Shown here: one piece after another, positions 1 through 5,260 of the stretch
How the letters are laid out: each line of letters begins with the position of its first letter
How positions within the stretch are numbered: position 1 is the first letter of the stretch
IMG/VR virus record: IMGVR_UViG_3300045988_000272
Location: 1 to 5,635 of that record
Direction: 5' to 3' (one strand)
DNA length: 5,635 nucleotides
Source of the DNA: a virus
Notes under the pieces: generated by a model
The model's database searches: none
What the model saw: the letters and a program-made list of their open reading frames with translations, nothing else
Told to the model about the DNA's origin: nothing
Program-made: the position numbers and the translations under genes

Positions 1-744
1 CACGTACCAACACAGGACACGGAAACAGGCGAAATCTATAAAGGCGGCATAAACATCTGGAAAGGCGTCTCAGAGCGTCCAAGAACAGCGCAAACTCTAA
101 GCGTAGAGGATACCCAACTATTTATAAAGAGGCTAAGAAAGGCCGTCAAAGAGCCTCTGAGATACTTTTTAGCGGGAGAGTACGGAGACAACACAGCGAG
201 ACCACACTATCACATGATACTATATGGATGGCATCCGGACGACTTAAAACCAATCCACAAACTATCAAGACACGGGCATTATACAAGCGATAAGCTAATA
301 AAAATCTGGGGACAAGGTGCAGTTGACATAGCGCAAGCAACACCAGAAACATATAATTATGTTGCAGGGTATGTAACCAAAAAACTGTATGGCAACGACA
401 AAGAGCGTTACCAAAAAATGGGTTTAATACCACCATTTTGCACCATGAGCCGGAAACCGGGACTTGGAGATAAGTGGTTTGAGGACAACCAAGAACGACT
501 CTGGCAGCAGGGGTACATACAGCTTACCAACGGCAAGAGAGCAGCCATACCAGAATACTACTGGAGAAAGCTGGAAGCTGAAAACCCTGAAAAAGCATGG
601 AGAATCAAGAAGTACCGACAGGAAAAAGCCATAGCGTCCTTAATCGAAAGAAACGCGGAAACCGATAAACCATACGCAGAGCAGCTAAAGGACAAAGAAA
701 CATCTATGTCCAAAAAGATGAGCAAAGCCAAAGGCATATTTTGA
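1..744 (+). CDS. Replication initiation protein (Microviridae VP4 / phiX174 gpA-like HUH rolling-circle endonuclease), 3' portion. It continues from 5261-5635 across the circular junction, and nt 1-99 duplicate 5537-5635.
   Basis: The frame is open from nt 1 to the TGA at 742-744 and is in phase with the ORF starting at 5261 after subtracting the 5536-nt unit. It encodes RCR motif II PHYHMILYGW (nt ~196-225) and motif III YVAGYVTKK with two catalytic Tyr (nt ~358-384). The ORF-track start at 214 is only the first Met in this frame. Confidence 0.9.
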   Translation, partial: HVPTQDTETGEIYKGGINIWKGVSERPRTAQTLSVEDTQLFIKRLRKAVKEPLRYFLAGEYGDNTARPHYHMILYGWHPDDLKPIHKLSRHGHYTSDKLIKIWGQGAVDIAQATPETYNYVAGYVTKKLYGNDKERYQKMGLIPPFCTMSRKPGLGDKWFEDNQERLWQQGYIQLTNGKRAAIPEYYWRKLEAENPEKAWRIKKYRQEKAIASLIERNAETDKPYAEQLKDKETSMSKKMSKAKGIF

Positions 745-756
745 CACGTGGTGTCA
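742..756 (+). other. Short hairpin TGACAC-gtg-GTGTCA overlapping the Rep stop codon; contains a CACGTG palindrome.
   Basis: 6-bp inverted repeat at 742-747 / 751-756 with a 3-nt loop. Confidence 0.4.
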
Positions 757-758
757 CT

Positions 759-806
759 CCGCCAAGTAACTATCAAGTAAGACTACTTGGCGGAATGTTT
801 TGTTTT
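759..806 (+). terminator. Rho-independent terminator downstream of Rep, at the end of the VP1-VP2-VP4 transcription unit.
   Basis: Perfect 10-bp stem CCGCCAAGTA (759-768) / TACTTGGCGG (784-793) with a 15-nt loop, followed by the T-rich run aaTGTTTTGTTTT (794-806). Confidence 0.6.
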
Positions 807-812
807 ATATTG

Positions 813-853
813 ACATGCACGTGCGCACACGTAATCGCGCGCACACGCGCATG
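813..853. repeat. Two GC-rich perfectly alternating purine/pyrimidine tracts (813-833 and 836-853) that share the 9-mer GCGCACACG (823-831, 839-847) and are bracketed by CATGC (814-818) ... GCATG (849-853).
   Basis: Direct reading shows 21-nt and 18-nt strict Pu/Py alternation of (CG/CA) type, which has Z-DNA or cruciform potential in the double-stranded replicative form. Confidence 0.6.
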
Positions 854-899
854 ATATTATTATTATTTTATTATTAATTTGTTGTAGTCGTAGTAGTAG
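854..899. repeat. 100% A+T microsatellite (TAT/ATT)n at 854-880 followed by a TAG-trinucleotide run (885-899); candidate DNA-unwinding element.
   Basis: The sequence reads tattattattattttattattaattt, then gtTAGtcgTAGTAGTAGg. Confidence 0.6.
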
Positions 900-977
900 G
901 GAGTGTTGAAATGTTGAATACTATGAATTTTTATCCTTGGAACGATATTTTTTGGCTAATTTTAATGTTGATACTTT

Positions 978-986
978 TGTGGATAA
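978..986 (-). promoter_or_regulatory. Perfect DnaA box (TTATCCACA on the minus strand; TGTGGATAA on the plus strand).
   Basis: 9/9 match to the bacterial DnaA-box consensus TTATNCACA. A second, 8/9 copy (TGTGGAAAA, 1042-1050) sits at the equivalent position of the second repeat unit. Confidence 0.5.
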
Positions 987-1015
987 CTTGTTAAAATGTT
1001 GAAAATGTAGCAATA

Positions 1016-1035
1016 TGCACAAAAACCTTTGTGCA
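1016..1035. other. Perfect hairpin TGCACAAA-aacc-TTTGTGCA lying between the two iteron/DnaA-box repeat units.
   Basis: 8-bp inverted repeat (1016-1023 / 1028-1035) with a 4-nt loop. Confidence 0.55.
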
Positions 1036-1120
1036 ACATTTTGTGGAAAACCTGTTGAAAGTGTTGAAAGTGTTGAAAAAGCAAATAAAGGCCGTCCGGC
1101 GAGCGAAACCGAAAAGTTGC

Positions 1121-1160
1121 GTCATGCTCTTCGCACGGCGCACCGCGCCTACCGCATGAC
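1121..1160. other. GC-rich nested hairpin: outer stem GTCATGC (1121-1127) / GCATGAC (1154-1160), inner stem GGCGC (1137-1141) / GCGCC (1145-1149) with loop ACC. Candidate single-strand initiation (complementary-strand origin) structure.
   Basis: Inverted repeats read directly. This is the only strongly GC-rich island in an otherwise AT-rich noncoding region. Confidence 0.45.
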
Positions 1161-1216
1161 CTAAAATAAAAAGTTTCAGAAAAACTCTTGACAAATCGAA
1201 AGAACTGTGGAACAAT
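1161..1216 (+). promoter_or_regulatory. Sigma70-type promoter for the small-ORF cluster. It has an A-rich UP-like tract (1161-1187), a -35 TTGACA (1188-1193), a 17-nt spacer and an extended -10 TGgAACAAT (1208-1216).
   Basis: The -35 is a perfect consensus, the spacing is optimal and a TG motif precedes a 4/6 -10. The predicted TSS at ~1223 sits just upstream of the SD AAAGGGGG (1226-1235) and the ATG at 1242. Confidence 0.5.
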
Positions 1217-1241
1217 ACAGATAAAGAAAGGGGGTATAGAG

Positions 1242-1421
1242 ATGAATACCATCAATCGTCTGAGTGTCAAAGCCTTAAGGGAGCTAGAAGAAATCGGCTC
1301 CTACGATACCGCAAAATACAGATACGTTATTAACCGGAGCAATGGAAGATGCTACCGCATCAATAAAGAGCTGCTAGGGACAACGGAAACACTCGACCCG
1401 GAAAATTGGGTGGAGCAATAA
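1242..1421 (+). CDS. Hypothetical small protein (59 aa, hydrophilic, no TM segment).
   Basis: ATG at 1242 lies 6 nt after the SD AAAGGGGG and is the first ATG after the predicted promoter. The ORF-track start at 1188 is a TTG inside the -35 box. The ORF is followed by a candidate terminator. Confidence 0.45.
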   Translation: MNTINRLSVKALRELEEIGSYDTAKYRYVINRSNGRCYRINKELLGTTETLDPENWVEQ

Positions 1422-1433
1422 CAAGGTTAAACA

Positions 1434-1452
1434 GCACAAAAGTGCTTTTTTA
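1434..1452 (+). terminator. Weak candidate intrinsic terminator or attenuator (AGCAC-aaaa-GTGCT followed by T6).
   Basis: A 5-bp stem and 4-nt loop followed by TTTTTT, 13 nt after the stop codon of the 1242-1421 ORF. Confidence 0.3.
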
Positions 1453-1494
1453 CAAAACCATTTATACAAAATAATTTTTTAGGAGGTGTTTACT

Positions 1495-1599
1495 CTGACT
1501 CTCAAGGAAATTAACGCGCTGTTTAACAACATACGCAAGATCTTAGCCATGCTGGATAAGATTTACCACGCAGTAGAGGGCAACAAGCCCGAGGAGTAA
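1495..1599 (+). CDS. Possible non-canonically initiated (CTG) small ORF, 34 codons (LTLKEINALFNNIRKILAMLDKIYHAVEGNKPEE), amphipathic helical peptide.
   Basis: A very strong SD AGGAGGTG (1481-1488) has no ATG/GTG/TTG within range. The only open frame downstream begins at CTG 1495 (8-nt spacing) and ends at TAA 1597-1599, 4 nt before the GTG start of the next gene. Confidence 0.25.
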   Translation: MTLKEINALFNNIRKILAMLDKIYHAVEGNKPEE

Positions 1600-1603
1600 C
1601 CAA

Positions 1604-1825
1604 GTGAAAACATGGAACGTACGAGACCAGACCGATACGAACCTCATGCAGGAACTGACGCGAACCTACAAGGAAATCGACGGCGCGTACAAACTGCTAC
1701 GACAGGCCGCAAAGTACGACGACGCAAAATTTTACCTTGACATGGCATTTCGCAAAAAGGCAAAAGCAACGGAAATTGAGGTGGAAATCCTCAGGAGAGA
1801 AATCAACAATGAGAAAGAGGAGTAA
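1604..1825 (+). CDS. Hypothetical small helical protein (73 aa, mixed charge, no TM).
   Basis: GTG start at 1604 with SD GAGGAG at 1591-1596 (7-nt spacing). The 3' end overlaps the SD and start of the basic-protein gene in another frame. Confidence 0.5.
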   Translation: MKTWNVRDQTDTNLMQELTRTYKEIDGAYKLLRQAAKYDDAKFYLDMAFRKKAKATEIEVEILRREINNEKEE

Positions 1826-1928
1826 AGTCCGCAAATCCAAAGACGCAAAGATCTACAACAAAACCGCACGAAAGACCAAAGCAATCAACCTTGGTAGCGG
1901 CGCAATGCGAGGAGGTATCCGGCTGTGA
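1809..1928 (+). CDS. Small highly basic DNA-binding/packaging protein (39 aa; analogue of phiX174 J / gokushovirus ORF8).
   Basis: ATG at 1809 is preceded by AGGAGAG (1793-1799). The product MRKRSKVRKSKDAKIYNKTARKTKAINLGSGAMRGGIRL is about 40% Lys/Arg. Its size and composition match the microvirus DNA-condensing proteins. The TTG at 1737 given by the ORF track is unlikely to be the start. Confidence 0.5.
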   Translation: MRKRSKVRKSKDAKIYNKTARKTKAINLGSGAMRGGIRL

Positions 1929-2167
1929 ACACCAATGTATATGGCATTTTCGACAACTGCGTAATGGGCTATATCACGATCTTTACCGAAAGAGATGACA
2001 AAGTCGCCGAGCGCAATTTTAAAATTGCGCTGACCGACGAACACAACATCATGAGCAAGACGCCAAGCGACTACAGACTGGTACGGCTTGCGAGGTTCGA
2101 CGAAAAAACTGGCCTTTTTGAAGAAGCAAAGGAGAACATTTACGATGGCATTTCGCTCAGTAAGTAA
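1925..2167 (+). CDS. Hypothetical protein (80 aa), possibly the VP5-like (phiX174 C-like) small non-structural protein by position.
   Basis: GTG start at 1925 with a perfect AGGAGG SD (1909-1914, 10-nt spacing). The start overlaps the upstream stop as GTGA. The functional assignment is positional only. Confidence 0.4.
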   Translation: MNTNVYGIFDNCVMGYITIFTERDDKVAERNFKIALTDEHNIMSKTPSDYRLVRLARFDEKTGLFEEAKENIYDGISLSK

Positions 2168-2633
2168 TTTCCGCGAAACCGCAACGGCAAAACCAACCGA
2201 AGCTGGGGAAAGCGTAAGGCGCACATACCTTTGGGAACGCAACGAAAAAGGCGAAAAGATCCTGAAGCTCGACCAGATAATCGACCAACAGGCCGAAATT
2301 GACAGCTACCTTGAAGAAACCAAGCTGGAAAACATCATCCGGCGAGCAAGCATCGACCCGGACATCGCAGCACGAATCGCGCCAGACCTCGGCGGCGGCA
2401 TCCAAGACTTTACCGAGGCACCGCAGACACTGGCAGAACTCCAAAGCATCATGCTGAGAGCGGAACAGATCTGGGAAGAAGTACCCAAGGAAATTAAACT
2501 CAAGTTCGACAACGACGTCGATAAGTTCATCTCGAGTTACGGGACAATCGAATGGGCGAAAAATCTAGGCATTCTGGAAGAAAAGCCGAAAGCCGAGCCT
2601 AACACAGAAGAAAAACCGGAGGCCAAAGAGTGA
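2145..2633 (+). CDS. Putative internal scaffolding protein (VP3-like), 162 aa, acidic C-terminus.
   Basis: ATG at 2145 with SD AAGGAG (2129-2134, 10-nt spacing). It lies immediately upstream of VP1 and is translationally coupled to it (GTGA at 2630-2633). Its size and position fit gokushovirus VP3, but I cannot verify sequence-level homology. The TTG at 2088 in the ORF track is unlikely to be the start. Confidence 0.4.
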   Translation: MAFRSVSNFRETATAKPTEAGESVRRTYLWERNEKGEKILKLDQIIDQQAEIDSYLEETKLENIIRRASIDPDIAARIAPDLGGGIQDFTEAPQTLAELQSIMLRAEQIWEEVPKEIKLKFDNDVDKFISSYGTIEWAKNLGILEEKPKAEPNTEEKPEAKE

Positions 2634-4336
2634 ACAGAAACAAAGACGCAGGATTTAACCAAGTCCCACGCTTGGACATCACGCGAAGTCGCTTCAAGCG
2701 GCGGCAGGACGTAAAGCTAACCATGAACGCAGGACAGCTAATCCCATTTTATGTGGATGAAGTGTTACCGGGCGATACTTTTAGCGTCGACCAAGCGGCG
2801 ATTATCCGAATGACAACGCCTATTTTCCCGGTCATGGATAACTGCTACATGGACGTTTACTACTTTAACGTCCCGTGCCGTATCCTGTGGGAACACTTCA
2901 AACGGTTTATGGGCGAAAACGACACTGGTCCATGGGTACAAAAGCAGGAGTACACAATTCCGCAAGTTAAAATAGTCGGCACAGCAGAAAAACCCGCACC
3001 TTATGAAGGCAGCATCCTAGACTACATGGGCATCCCGACCAAGATAAGCAAGGGCGAAAGCACGGCGTTCACGGTCAACGCGCTGCCAATGCGGGCGTAT
3101 GCTATGATTTGGCAGGAATGGTTCAGAGACCAAAACGTGGACAATCCGGCTATTAACAGCACGGCGGACGCAACTGTAAACTATAAGGACGACGAGAGTA
3201 AGGGCATGGACGCGGCAAAGCCAGACTTAGAGTACATTCTCCAAAACGCATACACCGGCGGCAGACCACTGCCGGTAAACAAATTTCACGACTACTTTAC
3301 AAGCGCACTCCCAAGTCCGCAGAAAGCAGGAGAACCCGTAACCATCCCGCTGACTGGCAACGCACCTGTAAAAGCATACTCAGACAACGGAAATACACTG
3401 GACAGTGAAGAAATATACTTCAGATCATGGAATGCGGCAGGAGAAACAAAATATGCAACCGGCCGCAACGGCTTCAAAACCTCAGAAGGGTACAGACTGC
3501 GCGGAGCAGACTCAGAAGCAACACTAGGAGAAGTAGTAGGAAAAAACCATAACCTATATGCAGACATATCGGAAGTACAAGCAACCACTATCAACCAGCT
3601 GCGTCAAGCCTTCCAGGTGCAAAAGTACTACGAAGAACTTGCGCGCGGCGGCAGCAGATACCGTGAAATGATTTATTCGCTGTTTCATACCAAAATCAGC
3701 GATAAAACGGTACAAATCCCGGAATATCTGGGCGGTACGCGCATCACCATAAACATGAGCCAAGTCATCCAAACCAGCGGCACAACCGACGAAAGTCCGC
3801 AGGGCAACACAGCAGCAGTGAGCGTTACGCCGTACAACGGCAGTATGTTTACCAAGAGTTTCGAGGAACACGGCTTTGTTATCGGTGTATGCTGCATCCG
3901 GCATGACCATACTTACCAGCAGGGACTCGAACGGATGTGGAGTCGTAAAACCAATCTGGATTTCTATTACCCTGTCTTTGCAAATCTGGGAGAACAAGCC
4001 ATTCTTAAAAAGGAGCTGTATCTGACTGGTACAAGCACCGACGAACAGGCATTTGGCTACCAAGAGGCGTGGGCAGAATACCGCATGAAACCTAACAGAA
4101 TCAGCGGCAAATTCCGGAGCAACGCAACGGGCACTCTGGATAGATGGCACTATGGAGACAACTATAAGGAAACGCCAAGCTTAAGTCAAGCATGGATGAA
4201 AGAAGGAGACTCTGAAATCCAGCGAACTCTCGCAGTGGACAACGAACCTCAATTTATCATGGACACGATCATTGACAACACCAGCGTCAGACCGATGCCC
4301 ATGTACAGCATTCCGGGGCTCGTAGATCATCACTAA
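2630..4336 (+). CDS. Major capsid protein VP1 (Microviridae F-like capsid, gokushovirus type), 568 aa.
   Basis: The N-terminus FNQVPRLDITRSRFKRRQDVKLTMNAGQLIPFYVDEVLPGDTF and the internal TINQLRQAFQVQKYYEELARGGSRYREMI are hallmark conserved blocks of gokushovirus-type VP1. GTG start at 2630 with SD GGAGG (2618-2622). Confidence 0.92.
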   Translation: MNRNKDAGFNQVPRLDITRSRFKRRQDVKLTMNAGQLIPFYVDEVLPGDTFSVDQAAIIRMTTPIFPVMDNCYMDVYYFNVPCRILWEHFKRFMGENDTGPWVQKQEYTIPQVKIVGTAEKPAPYEGSILDYMGIPTKISKGESTAFTVNALPMRAYAMIWQEWFRDQNVDNPAINSTADATVNYKDDESKGMDAAKPDLEYILQNAYTGGRPLPVNKFHDYFTSALPSPQKAGEPVTIPLTGNAPVKAYSDNGNTLDSEEIYFRSWNAAGETKYATGRNGFKTSEGYRLRGADSEATLGEVVGKNHNLYADISEVQATTINQLRQAFQVQKYYEELARGGSRYREMIYSLFHTKISDKTVQIPEYLGGTRITINMSQVIQTSGTTDESPQGNTAAVSVTPYNGSMFTKSFEEHGFVIGVCCIRHDHTYQQGLERMWSRKTNLDFYYPVFANLGEQAILKKELYLTGTSTDEQAFGYQEAWAEYRMKPNRISGKFRSNATGTLDRWHYGDNYKETPSLSQAWMKEGDSEIQRTLAVDNEPQFIMDTIIDNTSVRPMPMYSIPGLVDHH

Positions 4337-4352
4337 AAACGAAAGGGGGAAA

Positions 4353-4381
4353 GCCCGGGGCAATACCCCGGGCATATTTTT
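4353..4381 (+). terminator. Very stable all-GC hairpin (GCCCGGGG-caata-CCCCGGGC) plus T5, immediately abutting the VP2 ATG. Candidate partial terminator or attenuator between VP1 and VP2.
   Basis: 8-bp all-GC stem (4353-4360 / 4366-4373), 5-nt loop, then ataTTTTT (4374-4381). VP2 starts at 4382 with no SD. Confidence 0.55.
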
Positions 4382-5260
4382 ATGGGTTTTTTAACAACAT
4401 TCGGCTTAGGGCTCCTCAAAGCAGCAGTGCCAAGCTTAATAGGAGCAGCGGCAAATAAACTGTTTGGCACAAGCTCAAGCTACGGACAGCAAGGACAAGC
4501 AAACAGTCAAAGCAGCGGCTCAAGCTGGTCGCAAGGCACAAGCGACAGCGCAAGTTTCAGCAACAGCGGATCAAACGACGCCATAAACCAAAGCATTGCG
4601 GCACTAGCGAATCAGCTAAGCCAAGGCAGTATGGCCGGACAACAAAAATACAATCGCAACTCTATGCTCATGCAAATGGGATACAACACCTTGGGAGCAA
4701 TCCAACAAGGCGTATACAATCACATCGAGCAGCAAACAGCCATGAGCTATAACAGCGCCGAGGCCGCAAAAAACAGAGCATGGCAAGAGCAAATGAGTAA
4801 CACAGCATACCAAAGAGCCGTCGAAGATATGCGAAAAGCAGGGATTAACCCTATCTTAGCATACACGCAAGGCGGCGCAAGCACTCCAAGCGGAGCGCAA
4901 GGAACAATAGGCAGCGCAAGTATGGGCATGGCATCCAGCAGCGCACTGGGAGCAACAGCATTACCGGGCATCAAGCAGGATGGAAGTTGGAGCAGTCATA
5001 GCGAAGCATGGAGCCACGCAGAAAACGCAGCACAGAGCATCCAACAAGCTATCATGTCAAGCAGCTCAAGCCCAGTAAGACTCAAAGGAGACATGGAGGC
5101 CATAGCCGAAACAGCAGCGGAAAACGCAGCCAAGCTGAAAGAAAAATTCGCGGCGTTACCCGTAGCAGACAAAGCAAAGAGAGATCTTGCAGGACAATTA
5201 GAAAATGCAAGAAGATACTTACCCACAGGCTACATGAGTATAAATCCGAGAGGTAAATAA
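4382..5260 (+). CDS. Minor capsid / DNA pilot protein VP2 (292 aa).
   Basis: It sits downstream of VP1. It contains the conserved microvirus VP2 block [22 protein letters not shown], a hydrophobic N-terminus and Gly/Ser/Gln/Ala-rich low-complexity segments typical of pilot proteins. Confidence 0.75.
   Translation: MGFLTTFGLGLLKAAVPSLIGAAANKLFGTSSSYGQQGQANSQSSGSSWSQGTSDSASFSNSGSNDAINQSIAALANQLSQGSMAGQQKYNRNSMLMQMGYNTLGAIQQGVYNHIEQQTAMSYNSAEAAKNRAWQEQMSNTAYQRAVEDMRKAGINPILAYTQGGASTPSGAQGTIGSASMGMASSSALGATALPGIKQDGSWSSHSEAWSHAENAAQSIQQAIMSSSSSPVRLKGDMEAIAETAAENAAKLKEKFAALPVADKAKRDLAGQLENARRYLPTGYMSINPRGK

Larger units (their letters stand above)
902..1079. repeat. Iteron array: about 8 copies of (T)GTTGAAA. 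It includes a doublet at 904-918, copies at 966-971 and 997-1005, and three perfect tandem 9-mers TGTTGAAAG / TGTTGAAAG / TGTTGAAAA at 1053-1079. It is embedded in two ~33-nt imperfect direct repeat units (974-1006 and 1038-1070, ~80% identical).
   Basis: Counted directly from the sequence; the region is non-coding on the + strand. Confidence 0.7.

Noticed and set aside
146-436. Minus-strand 96-aa ORF (hydrophobic) antisense to rep. Similar minus-strand ORFs occur at 558-776, 962-1270, 991-1215, 1853-2242, 2157-2444, 2306-2530, 2765-2965, 3292-3594, 3554-4150, 3685-3897, 4181-4375, 4616-4813, 4747-4974, 4996-5226 and 5082-5333.
   Set aside because: Microviridae encode all genes on the packaged-strand sense. 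These ORFs all lie antisense to well-supported + strand genes or within the repeat region, lack SD/start contexts, and have the hydrophobic Leu/Phe/Cys-rich composition typical of the antisense of purine-rich coding DNA.
214-744. ORF-track call of a 176-aa protein starting at ATG 214, and TTG-initiated extensions at 1188, 1737 and 2088.
   Set aside because: 214 is an internal Met of Rep; the frame is open to nt 1 and continues from 5261 around the circle. The TTG 'starts' at 1188 (inside the -35 box), 1737 and 2088 lack SD support. ATG 1242, ATG 1809 and ATG 2145 have good SDs and are preferred.
810-838. Second perfect TTGACA hexamer (810-815), a possible promoter.
   Set aside because: No acceptable -10 lies 16-18 nt downstream (TAATCG at best). 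The hexamer sits inside the alternating GC tract, and no ORF follows for ~400 nt.
885-899. Four in-phase TAG codons (885, 891, 894, 897) as a deliberate translational stop barrier.
   Set aside because: No ORF enters this region in that frame. It is more parsimoniously a TAG/ATT microsatellite produced by replication slippage.
1053-1079. Tandem 9-mers considered as a possible CRISPR or minisatellite.
   Set aside because: The units are 9 nt with no spacers, far too short for CRISPR repeats (which run 24-48 nt with unique spacers). They are better interpreted as protein-binding iterons.
1450-1476. TTTACA ... AATAAT promoter-like hexamers upstream of the AGGAGGTG SD.
   Set aside because: The spacer is only 14 nt. 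The resemblance is probably incidental in an AT-rich linker, and the small ORFs are more simply co-transcribed from the 1188 promoter.
5008-5256. +1-frame 82-aa extremely basic ORF ([11 protein letters not shown]...) embedded in the 3' end of VP2. It could be a second J-like DNA-binding protein, as microviruses do use overlapping genes.
   Set aside because: There is no SD upstream. The basic composition is a predictable by-product of reading the GCA/GAA/AAC-rich VP2 codons in the +1 frame. A better-supported basic protein already exists at 1809-1928. It is only worth testing by synonymous-site conservation analysis.
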